A DNA stretch of 64,000 bases, from contig JAFXEB010000003.1 of assembly GCA_017521025.1 (NCBI GenBank), positions 55,506 through 119,505 on the forward strand, given 5' to 3'. Under the pieces are notes generated by a model. It saw nothing but the letters and a program-made list of their open reading frames with translations, did no database searches and was not told the origin of the DNA. Each line of letters starts with the position of its first letter. Position 1 is the stretch's first letter. Positions 56,493 to 64,000 of this stretch are shown here, piece after piece. The translations under genes were made by a program, and so were the position numbers. The stretch comes from Clostridia bacterium (GTDB taxonomy: Bacteria; Bacillota; Clostridia; Oscillospirales; CAG-382).

Positions 56493-57159
56493 CTCCGATC
56501 TTGTCGCTGACTATCGAGCCCTCTCGAAGGGTGATGGTGCGCTTCTTGTATTGGTTGACAAGCTCGTGGTCGTGGGTTACAACTATAACGGTCTTGCCAA
56601 GCTTGTTTATGCCCACAAGCAGTTCCATAAGCTCACGGCTCATTTTTGGGTCCACGTTGCCCGTAGGCTCGTCTGCAATAACTATCTTCGGGTTGTTGGC
56701 TATGGCACGGGCAAAAGCCACCCTCTGCTGCTCGCCACCGGATATCTCCCCGGGAAAACGGTCTGCCTTGTCGGTAAGCCCCATAAGCGTAAGAAAATAA
56801 GGCACACGCTTTTTGATGACCGAGTTCTTCTCGCCCACAACACGCATGGCAAACGCCACGTTTTCATATACGGTCATATTGGGAAACAGGCGAAAATCCT
56901 GAAAAACAACGCCCATTGTGCGCCTGAGGTAGGGCACCTTCCGCCTCGGCAGCTTGTCAAGCCTGAAATCGCCCACGGTAATCCTGCCGTCCGTCGCCTT
57001 CTCCTCACGCATCAAAAGCTTTGTCAGCGTGGTCTTGCCTGCACCCGAATCGCCAATAATAAATACAAACTCGCCGTCTTCTATCCTGAGATTGATGCCG
57101 TTCAGTGCAGGGGCGTCTGCGGCATCGTAAACCATCGTTACGTCTTTGAATTCTATCAT
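56473..57159 (-). CDS. ftsE: Cell-division ATP-binding protein FtsE
   Basis: MIEFKDVTMVY...GDSGAGKTTL...ISGGEQQRVAFARAI...IADEPTGNVD. Confidence 0.95.
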   Translation of the reverse strand: MIEFKDVTMVYDAADAPALNGINLRIEDGEFVFIIGDSGAGKTTLTKLLMREEKATDGRITVGDFRLDKLPRRKVPYLRRTMGVVFQDFRLFPNMTVYENVAFAMRVVGEKNSVIKKRVPYFLTLMGLTDKADRFPGEISGGEQQRVAFARAIANNPKIVIADEPTGNVDPKMSRELMELLVGINKLGKTVIVVTHDHELVNQYKKRTITLREGSIVSDKIGGGVHEA

Positions 57160-57208
57160 CTGTTGTTTTACCCCTCTGAAAAAAGCCCGACCGCCCTAAC
57201 AAAAGGCA

Positions 57209-58297
57209 TTAATAATTCTGAGGTCTGGACTGTACGTACTTCTGTACCATAAGCGCAACCTTAAAGGTGATTGCGTGCTCAAACTCACGCAGGTCAAGCC
57301 CCGTAAGCTTCTTTATCTTTTCAAGTCTGTAAACCAGAGTGTTTCTGTGTACAAACAGCCTCCTTGAGGTCTCAGACACGTTAAGGTTGTTCTCAAAGAA
57401 TGCCTGAATGGTAACCAGCGTCTCTCTGTCAAGAGCGTCGAGAGAGCCACGCTTGAACACCTCCTGCAAAAACATTTCGCAAAGAGTGGTGGGGAGCTGG
57501 TATACAAGTCTGCCTATACCGAGGTTTTCGTAATTTGCTATCTTTTTGTCGGGGTCGAATATACTGCCGACATTTATCGCTATCTGCGCATCCTTATATG
57601 AGCGAGCAAGGTCCTTGATGTTGGACACAACGGTACCTATGCCTACAACGGCACTCATCAAAAACTCGCTTTGTGCGGTGTCTACTATAGTCTTTGCAAT
57701 AGTATCCACCGACTCACTCTTTCTGTAAGAGGAAGGATTCTTAAGCTCCTTTACAAGCACTACGTTGCTTTCGCCGACGCTGATAACGTAGTCTCTGTTC
57801 TTGTCGGGGAACATGCTCTGGATAACGTCAAAGGGGATAGCCTCGCCCTTGTTGGTGAAATGGATAAGGAAAACAACACGGTTAACCTCGCCGTCAAAGC
57901 GAAGCTCCTTACTCTTTATGTAGATATCACCGGGCAGAATATTGTCAAGGATAATGTTTTTGATAAAGCTTGTTTTATCGTACTTTTCGTCATAAAGTAT
58001 CTTTATGTTGGACAAAGATACGGATAAAAGGGAAGCGGTGCTGAGTGCGGTAGGATCGGTGCCCTCGACAAAAGCAATATATTCTATGTGTGCGTGTGAG
58101 CCAATGGGCTTATAAGTGTATCCCTCATAGGTAACGCTGTCAAAGGAATACGATATCTCCTCAATTACAGAGCGTCTGGACTCACCTATCCTTGTAAGCT
58201 GACTGCAGGCGATAACAGTGCCACGGTCGTCGATAACGCCAATGGTCCTGTCAATAGAGTCCTTCATTTGGTGAATGATACTTTGAAATAGCTTCAT
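57209..58297 (-). CDS. CdaR/PucR-family transcriptional regulator
   Basis: The start MKLFQSIIHQMKDSIDRTIGVIDDRGTVIACS is a diacid-recognition-type N-terminus. The C-terminal HTH reads ETSRRLFVHRNTLVYRLEKIKKLTG. Confidence 0.75.
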   Translation of the reverse strand: MKLFQSIIHQMKDSIDRTIGVIDDRGTVIACSQLTRIGESRRSVIEEISYSFDSVTYEGYTYKPIGSHAHIEYIAFVEGTDPTALSTASLLSVSLSNIKILYDEKYDKTSFIKNIILDNILPGDIYIKSKELRFDGEVNRVVFLIHFTNKGEAIPFDVIQSMFPDKNRDYVISVGESNVVLVKELKNPSSYRKSESVDTIAKTIVDTAQSEFLMSAVVGIGTVVSNIKDLARSYKDAQIAINVGSIFDPDKKIANYENLGIGRLVYQLPTTLCEMFLQEVFKRGSLDALDRETLVTIQAFFENNLNVSETSRRLFVHRNTLVYRLEKIKKLTGLDLREFEHAITFKVALMVQKYVQSRPQNY

Positions 58298-58537
58298 AAA
58301 GCAAAGTCCCCCGTTAAACGTCATTATCATTTTGCACATTAAGCAAACAATATCCGATATTGATTATAATCGCTTTGTACAAAAAATGCAATAGTTTTTG
58401 AATAATTTTAACAAAAAGTTCGGCAACTTTTTGTGAACTTTTTATTAAAACGGGTCTCTCAGCCTATAAATGCCGAAAAAATGCACATTTTGCGAGCGAA
58501 AAAGGGGTGCAACAGAGCTTTTTGTTGAAAAAATCTA

Positions 58538-58566
58538 TTGACAATTATATGTGCATTTGCTACAAT
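58538..58566 (+). promoter_or_regulatory. Perfect-consensus promoter upstream of the DUF1292 gene
   Basis: TTGACA (58538-58543), 17-nt spacer, TACAAT (58561-58566). Confidence 0.6.
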
Positions 58567-58605
58567 GATTGCAAAGAAACAGCAATATACCGAAGGGAGG
58601 GTGCG

Positions 58606-58977
58606 GTGCATTTTTCATACCGCACGCAGACTGATATGGCAGATAAAAATGTAGAGAAAATGGCTGACGGCGTTGAGGAGACCATCGAAGAGCTTGAGGG
58701 CGAGACCTGTTTCCTTATTGATGAGGAGGGCAATGAAAAGCCTTTTGAAATAGCGGGCAGACTGGAGATAAACGGTGTTGAGTATCTGGCGTTTATGCCC
58801 CTTGACAGTGATGACTGCGAGTACATCATTCTCAAGAAAGAGCGTGACGAGGATGGGGAAGACGTTTATGCTACCATAGATGATGATGACGAGTTTGAGA
58901 CTGTTGCAGAGGCGTTTGAGGACGAGATATTTGCAGAGTTCAATCTTGATGACCTCGTAGGTGACGACGAGGAGTAG
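58606..58977 (+). CDS. DUF1292-family acidic small protein
   Basis: ...CFLIDEEGNEKPFEIAGRLEINGVEYLAFMPLDSDDCEYIILKKERDEDGEDVYATIDDDDEFETVAEAFEDE... The start is either GTG 58606 (5 nt after GGGAGG) or ATG 58636. The track start at 58507 lies upstream of the promoter. Confidence 0.7.
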   Translation: MHFSYRTQTDMADKNVEKMADGVEETIEELEGETCFLIDEEGNEKPFEIAGRLEINGVEYLAFMPLDSDDCEYIILKKERDEDGEDVYATIDDDDEFETVAEAFEDEIFAEFNLDDLVGDDEE

Positions 58978-58980
58978 TTT

Positions 58981-59240
58981 TGCGGTACAGAGGCTTTGCG
59001 GCCTCTGAAATGCCCTTGGGGCATCCTGCTTGGTGCGTGTTGTACCCGTGTAAAAACCCACATTTACGAAGCGGAGACCGGACTTCCCTTTATGGGAATG
59101 CAGACCTCCCGACAGTGCGCTGCTTTTGTCACCGTACCGGTCGGATGTTGGGAGCACAAAGTATTGGGAGAGGTCACCACCCTTGCCGGAGAGCAGGGTT
59201 TCGTTCATGGGCCACGGCCCGGCGGGAGTAAATAGAATAT
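58981..59240 (+). ncRNA. Unassigned GC-rich structured segment (candidate ncRNA or structured 3' UTR)
   Basis: About 260 nt with no credible ORF and several local helices: CAGAGGC/GCCTCTG at 58988-59007, ATGCC/GGCAT at 59010-59024, and GAGACCGGACTTCCC/GGGAATGCAGACCTC at 59074-59108. It ends at a strong terminator. Confidence 0.3.
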
Positions 59241-59270
59241 AAAAGGCAGGGGGCAACCCCTGCCTTTTAT
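59241..59270. terminator. Rho-independent terminator (A4-stem-T4, usable in both directions)
   Basis: AAAAGGCAGGGG-GCAA-CCCCTGCCTTTT. Confidence 0.8.
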
Positions 59271-59280
59271 GCTTAGCGCA

Positions 59281-59321
59281 CAAATCAAAACGAGCTGTAA
59301 AATCAGGGATTTTACAGCTCG
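59281..59321 (-). terminator. Terminator of pepF
   Basis: Minus strand: CGAGCTGTAAAATC-CCT-GATTTTACAGCTCG followed by TTTTGATTTG. Confidence 0.75.
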
Positions 59322-59329
59322 TCGTTATG

Positions 59330-61018
59330 TTATGCGTCTATGCTTTCAAGCACTGCCGTAACCTTCTCCGCAAGCAGAGACAGACCACCCTCCTTGAAGG
59401 GAGAGGGGATGCCTGCTTCCTCCAGCAGCTCGGGATAATAGGTCTCGCCGCCCTGACGTGAAAGTCTTATATAGCGTGCAAAAGCATCGTCATAGTCCTT
59501 CAGTGATTCAAGCAAAAAGCCCAGCGCCGCCGTCTGTGCGAGACAGTAGTCTATATAATAGAAGGGACTTTCAAAAATGTGCGCCTGATACTGCCAGCGC
59601 CTGCCTTCCTCGATAAAGGGGATACCGTCGGTAGTGATATAGGGTCTGAACTCGGACTCAAGCTTTTGCCATAGCTCATTTCTTTCTGCGGGGGTCATAT
59701 CGGGATTTTCGTATACGATATGCTGGAAATAGTCAACTATAGTGCCGTAGGGGATAAAGGAAAGAGCGTCAAGCAGGTGCATATACTTATATCTTTCCGC
59801 ATCCTTGCCGAAAAACTTGTCTATATATTTCCAGGCAAAGAATTCCATACTCATAGAATGGGTCTCGGCCGTTTCCATGCCGCCGCAGCCTATATCCAGC
59901 CCAAAGCGGTTGTCTGCCATAAGAAAAGCGTTAAGAGCATGACCTGCCTCGTGGGTCATAACGTCCACGTCACCTGCGGTTCCGTTGAAGTTCGCAAGTA
60001 TAAAGGGCTGCTTATAGTCAGGCAGATAGGTGCAGTAGCCGCCACCCCACTTGTTCTTTCTTGAGTCCACGTCGAAGGCGTCGTTTTCCAGCATCAGGTC
60101 GATAAATGCGCCCGTCTCCTCGCCCATTTCGTGATACATAGCCTTTGCCGCCGCAAAGATTTCCTCCTTACCACCCATGGGACAGGGGTCGCCGCCGGGC
60201 ATGATAACATCGTTATCGTAGAACATATATCTGTCGATACCAAGCTTCTTGGCGTTTTCCGTCCTGAGAGCGGAGACCACAGGTACAAGAGCCTCCTTTA
60301 CGTTTTTGCGGAACACCTCTATGTCACTGCGTCCATAGGATACACGGTTCATTCTGTAATAGCCAAGCTCCACAAAGTCCTTGTAGCCAAGCTTCCTTGC
60401 CATACGGGTGCGCACCTTCACAAGACGGTCATATATATCGTCTAACTGCTCTCTGTAGCCGTTCAGCGTGTTGCCCATCACCTCGTAAGCCTCTTTACGG
60501 GTAGCTCTGTCCTCAGCCTTGAAATAGCCTGCCAGTGCGGCACGGCTCATCTTTTCCCCACGGAACTCATATTCAATACCCGACATAAGCTTGGTATATT
60601 CGGTGCTTATCTTGTTTTCCTCTATCATATCCTCCAGTATCTCGGGACTTGCCGCCGCAGCACGCACCTCAAGGTAGCGGAACAGCACGGGCGACAAAGC
60701 AGTCTCAAGCTCTTTTCTGAAGGGGGACGCAAGCAGGGCGTTGCCAAATTCTACGTCAAGCAGATTAAGGGCGGGGGATATCTCGTCAATATAATCCTGC
60801 TCGGCTGTATAGTACTCGTCTGCGGTGTTGCAGGAGTAGCGGATATAAGCAAGACTCATCATGGTCTGTATCCTTGAGCTCTCCTTCAGATACTCCTCTC
60901 TCAGTGCAAGTATCTCCTTAGCGCTCCCTGCGTTCTTCGTGCCCTCAATGATTCTGCCGAGCCTTTCCTTGATAGGCTCAAGCTCCGGATGCTCATAGGG
61001 CATATCCTTGATTTTCAT
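59330..61018 (-). CDS. pepF: M3 family oligoendopeptidase F
   Basis: 562 aa; zinc site MTHEAGHALN; length and layout match PepF. Confidence 0.88.
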   Translation of the reverse strand: MKIKDMPYEHPELEPIKERLGRIIEGTKNAGSAKEILALREEYLKESSRIQTMMSLAYIRYSCNTADEYYTAEQDYIDEISPALNLLDVEFGNALLASPFRKELETALSPVLFRYLEVRAAAASPEILEDMIEENKISTEYTKLMSGIEYEFRGEKMSRAALAGYFKAEDRATRKEAYEVMGNTLNGYREQLDDIYDRLVKVRTRMARKLGYKDFVELGYYRMNRVSYGRSDIEVFRKNVKEALVPVVSALRTENAKKLGIDRYMFYDNDVIMPGGDPCPMGGKEEIFAAAKAMYHEMGEETGAFIDLMLENDAFDVDSRKNKWGGGYCTYLPDYKQPFILANFNGTAGDVDVMTHEAGHALNAFLMADNRFGLDIGCGGMETAETHSMSMEFFAWKYIDKFFGKDAERYKYMHLLDALSFIPYGTIVDYFQHIVYENPDMTPAERNELWQKLESEFRPYITTDGIPFIEEGRRWQYQAHIFESPFYYIDYCLAQTAALGFLLESLKDYDDAFARYIRLSRQGGETYYPELLEEAGIPSPFKEGGLSLLAEKVTAVLESIDA

Positions 61019-62400
61019 ATAGCCTGTCTCTCCTTTATTTCATATTTGAATCTTTTCATATTGTGTACGTAAACTATAGCCACAAATACTCCCGTAATAA
61101 GCCATATAGCAGGCTCTGCCACGCATATTCCCAAGAAGCCGAAATGGGGAACTAAAACCGCCGCCGCAAAGAACTTAAGAACAAGCTCTGCCGCCGCAGT
61201 AACTATAGGAACAAGCTTTTTGCCAAAGCCCTGAAGCACGCTCCTGAATATCAAAAGCACCATCAGTGCAAGGAAGAAGGGCGCGTTTATACGCATATAG
61301 TAAACAGCGTATTTTATTATCTCGGGGTTTTCCGTGTCGGTGATAAGCTGTACAAGAAAGCCGCCCATTGCGTATATTACCGCTATTCCCATAGCGCACC
61401 ATCCGCCGCCGATGAGCAGAGCGCTTCGAATCCCCTTGCTTATGCGCTCAAAGTTGCCGGCACCCCTGTTCTGGCTTACAAAGGTGGAAAGCGCCGTACC
61501 GAGAGTGGACATAGGCATCATAATAAGACCGTCGATCCTCCTTGCGGAGCTGTTTGCGGTAAGCACCTCGTTACCCCAGCCCGCCTCGCTAAGTGCGTTG
61601 TTTGCACGGCTCACCGCCGCACTGCCGAAGGAGACAAGGGAGGTGATAAGACCCATGGAAAAGCCCATGGCAAGAAGCTCTCTCAAAAGAGCACCGTCAA
61701 ACACAAAATCCTCAGAGCTGATATGAAGCTCAGGCACCTTGCGGTATATATAGACAAAGCACAAAGCCGCCGACAAAGCCTGAGCAATAATGGTTGCAGC
61801 GGCGGCACCGCCTACGCCCCAATCCAGCACCATAACGAACACGCAATCAAGTCCTATATTTACAATACTGCTGAAGATAAGAAAATACAGCGGCGTGCGG
61901 CTGTCACCCACCGAGCGAAGCACGGCGGCACACATATTGTAAGCGATGGTGGTGACCATACCGCAAAGTATAAAGGTCAGGTATACTCTCGCATCCCCGT
62001 AAAGGCTTGCGGGCACCTTCATGATCTCCATAAGCAGGTCGGTGAAAAACAGACCTATCGAAGTAAACAGACCTACCGCTGCAAAATTAACAACTATCAT
62101 ATGTGCAAGCGTGCGGCGAAGCATAGTGCCGTTCTTAGCTCCGTACATCCTTGCAACGGTAATGGCACAGCCATTGTTAAGGCCGTTTGCAATGCCGATA
62201 AGTATGCCATAGACAGAAGCGATGGAGTTCATTGCCGCAATAGCGTCATCCCCCAGCTCCATACCTATTATCTTGATGTCTGCAATATTGTAAAATTGCT
62301 GAAAAAGCTGTCCTATAAATATCGGCAAGGCAAAGGTAATAAGCACCTTTACGGGATTGCCAATAGTCATATCAAGCTTTTTTACTTCCGTTCTTGCCAT
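61015..62400 (-). CDS. MATE family efflux transporter
   Basis: 461 aa, 12 predicted TM helices. The N-terminus ...LITFALPIFIGQLFQQFYNIADIKIIG is typical of MATE. Confidence 0.88.
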   Translation of the reverse strand: MARTEVKKLDMTIGNPVKVLITFALPIFIGQLFQQFYNIADIKIIGMELGDDAIAAMNSIASVYGILIGIANGLNNGCAITVARMYGAKNGTMLRRTLAHMIVVNFAAVGLFTSIGLFFTDLLMEIMKVPASLYGDARVYLTFILCGMVTTIAYNMCAAVLRSVGDSRTPLYFLIFSSIVNIGLDCVFVMVLDWGVGGAAAATIIAQALSAALCFVYIYRKVPELHISSEDFVFDGALLRELLAMGFSMGLITSLVSFGSAAVSRANNALSEAGWGNEVLTANSSARRIDGLIMMPMSTLGTALSTFVSQNRGAGNFERISKGIRSALLIGGGWCAMGIAVIYAMGGFLVQLITDTENPEIIKYAVYYMRINAPFFLALMVLLIFRSVLQGFGKKLVPIVTAAAELVLKFFAAAVLVPHFGFLGICVAEPAIWLITGVFVAIVYVHNMKRFKYEIKERQAI

Positions 62401-62454
62401 AGTCTGCCTCTGAGAATCAAAATCTTACTCTCAAGTATAAACCTTTTCCTACCG

Positions 62455-63303
62455 TTAGTCAAGCAATAAAATTGCCGCCGCCCACATAAAAACCCCCTGA
62501 AAAAGCTTTGCCGCCACCAAGGGGGCAGGGTTTAGCTTACCTTTGGTCACCGCTAAAGCCTGACAAAGTATACTTAGTCCGGAAAAGCCTGTCAGTGCCG
62601 CCGCCTCGGAGATGCTACGGCAAAGCTCAAGTCCCGAGCACAGCTCAAGCACTCCACGCAAGGCATGGGGCAGCCCTGCTCCGATACTGCCGAAAAACAC
62701 AACGCAGGCACAGCACACCACCATCCCCGTGCCACAGCCGCCTATAATGGCAGAAAGCCCTTTTGTACTGCTTTTTCTATCCGAGAAAGCAAGTCCCACA
62801 GGCTTATCTCCTCCCTTCAGCATAAAGGGTCTGAACAACGCCGCAGTAGCCACAGCCGCCGCAAGGGCAATAGCCGCAAGTGCTACTCCCTCTCTGCCAT
62901 TGCCGATAATGCCGCCCACATAGCTTATGATAAACGATAGCGAGGGCACCGTAGAGAAGGTGCAAAGATATTCAGCCTGCCTTTTGCTGATACAGCCCTC
63001 CTCGTACAGTCCGTAGGTGGCCATAGGACCCATAGGCACCCCGCCCAAAAAGCCGAGAACAAATACGCCAAGCTCTATCCCGCAGAAGGGGATACGCCGG
63101 CAAAGGTCAAAAAAACTTCCGTCCGAGGTAATAAGTGCCCCAAGTACTGAAAAAACAAATAATGACGGCACCACCCTCTCCCCACACATTGAAAGATACC
63201 GTCTGCTTTCCTTTACCACCTCGCCGCCGTTAACAAGGCAGAGCACAAAAAGCACCGTTCCCAAAAGTGCGGTAAGCGACGGTGCGTATTTTCTTATCGT
63301 CAT
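62455..63303 (-). CDS. Polytopic membrane protein, YlbJ / nucleoside-recognition-domain-like (sporulation context)
   Basis: 282 aa and hydrophobic. ...VVPSLFVFSVLGALI... resembles the YlbJ family. It is divergent from yqfC-yqfD. Confidence 0.4.
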   Translation of the reverse strand: MTIRKYAPSLTALLGTVLFVLCLVNGGEVVKESRRYLSMCGERVVPSLFVFSVLGALITSDGSFFDLCRRIPFCGIELGVFVLGFLGGVPMGPMATYGLYEEGCISKRQAEYLCTFSTVPSLSFIISYVGGIIGNGREGVALAAIALAAAVATAALFRPFMLKGGDKPVGLAFSDRKSSTKGLSAIIGGCGTGMVVCCACVVFFGSIGAGLPHALRGVLELCSGLELCRSISEAAALTGFSGLSILCQALAVTKGKLNPAPLVAAKLFQGVFMWAAAILLLD

Positions 63304-63375
63304 AAAGCATCACCGTAAAATAATACGGCACAGAGCGCATTTTAAGAACAAGCGGCGCATACCCTTGAAAATGAG

Positions 63376-63621
63376 GTGGGCATATTGAAACGAAGTATAT
63401 TGAAAGACAACTTCCTAAGCTCCCCGACCTTCGAGCTACAGGGCAAAAGGCTTTTGCAGGCAGACGGGGTAATGACGCTGATCGAATACAGCCGTGACCG
63501 TGTGGTGCTTTTGTGTCGGGAGGGACGGATAAGCATAAGAGGCGAGGGGCTCAAGGTCTCTCTGCTGTCAAGGGAGAGGGCAGTGGTGTCGGGACTGATT
63601 ACAGGCTTTGATTTTATATGA
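63376..63621 (+). CDS. yqfC: YabP/YqfC family sporulation protein
   Basis: ...FELQGKRLLQADGVMTLIEYSRDRVVLLCREGRISIRGEGLKVSLLSRERAVVSGLITGFDF. The likely start is TTG 63385 after GAGGTGGG. Confidence 0.75.
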   Translation: MGILKRSILKDNFLSSPTFELQGKRLLQADGVMTLIEYSRDRVVLLCREGRISIRGEGLKVSLLSRERAVVSGLITGFDFI

Positions 63622-63633
63622 CGGGGGCGCATT

Positions 63634-64000
63634 ATGTACGGCATACTTAACTATATTGCAGGCTACGTCTCTATCGAGATAGAGGGCGAACACGCTCTCG
63701 CTACGGTAAACGCTCTCCACGCTGATGGATACCGTTTCCGAGCCCTGACGCCTACGGATAAGGGTTTTTCCCTCAGGCATTCCGTATTCGGCGCCGATAG
63801 CTTCATCGCCCGCCTTGATACTATGGGTATATCCTACAGTATCACGGGCAGGGGCGGCTTTTCCTTTTTTGTGGGCAGATACATAAAAAGAGCAGGGCTT
63901 TTTGTGGGTCTCCTCCTCGCCTTGGCTATAGTTTACGGCTCCACACGCCTTGTATGGGACGTAAGAGTGGAGTGCGGCGGCGAATTTGATGAAAAAGAGG
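63634..64000 (+). CDS. yqfD: Sporulation protein YqfD, N-terminal fragment (3' end outside window)
   Basis: MYGILNYIAGYVSIEIEGEHALATVNALHADGYRF... with a TM helix GLFVGLLLALAIVYG. It follows yqfC. Confidence 0.75.
   Translation, partial: MYGILNYIAGYVSIEIEGEHALATVNALHADGYRFRALTPTDKGFSLRHSVFGADSFIARLDTMGISYSITGRGGFSFFVGRYIKRAGLFVGLLLALAIVYGSTRLVWDVRVECGGEFDEKE

Noticed and set aside
58981-59240. Tried to assign the structured segment to SRP RNA, RNase P RNA, tmRNA, 6S RNA or a cobalamin riboswitch
   Set aside because: The hallmark strings are absent on both strands: GGAAGCAGCC with a GNRA loop for SRP, GAGGAAAGTCCGGGC for RNase P, a tag ORF with a tRNA-like end for tmRNA, and the B12 box. A minus-strand riboswitch would also have no downstream gene. 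I left it unassigned.
58615-59283. 222-aa minus-strand ORF spanning the DUF1292 gene and the GC-rich segment
   Set aside because: It is antisense to a well-supported gene and runs through two terminators. It has no RBS and no recognisable motif.

Overview
This window looks like a Clostridia chromosome, probably Oscillospiraceae/Ruminococcus-like, since it carries a type-I dockerin protein and yqfC/yqfD sporulation genes.

**Core, left (1-26.3 kb).** It starts with a malic-enzyme tail, followed by LarA-like, SanA-like, dockerin and phosphoglucomutase genes. The complete S10-spc-alpha ribosomal supercluster follows (rpsJ to rplQ, 6.6-22 kb, including secY, adk, map, infA, rpmJ and rpoA). After that come a Cthe_2159-type beta-helix lipoprotein, a HAD hydrolase, an SDR and a VUT/YhhQ-type transporter.

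**Island (26,360-50,937).** A roughly 24.5-kb AT-richer island sits in the 3' end of lysS. It is bounded by 30-bp direct repeats (29/30 identical) that duplicate the lysS tail. I found no recombinase. All island genes are on the minus strand and tightly packed. In transcription order they are:
- an XRE regulator
- an EssC-like triple-ATPase with N-terminal FHA domains, YukD and two WXG100 genes
- a large Big_2 lipoprotein
- a frameshifted gene
- an FHA/zinc-ribbon protein and a TM zinc-ribbon peptide
- a PARG-type macrodomain
- a lipoprotein
- a signal-less Mbeg1/DUF2974 lipase followed by three small helical/WXG-like partners
- two PP2C phosphatases
- a zinc-ribbon FHA protein
- two zinc-ribbon Hanks kinases, one with an SBP-like ectodomain and one with PASTA x4 plus Listeria-Bacteroides repeats x5

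My main hypothesis is a mobile, reduced T7SSb-like secretion/toxin system coupled to its own Thr-phosphorylation (STK/PP2C/FHA) control circuit.

**Core, right (50.9-64 kb).** This holds lysS, greA, an S41 protease, an M23 peptidase, ftsX, ftsE, a CdaR-like regulator, a DUF1292 gene followed by an unassigned ~260-nt structured GC-rich segment, pepF, a MATE transporter, a membrane protein, yqfC and the start of yqfD.

All calls rest on reading the translations and the DNA by eye. No database search was run.
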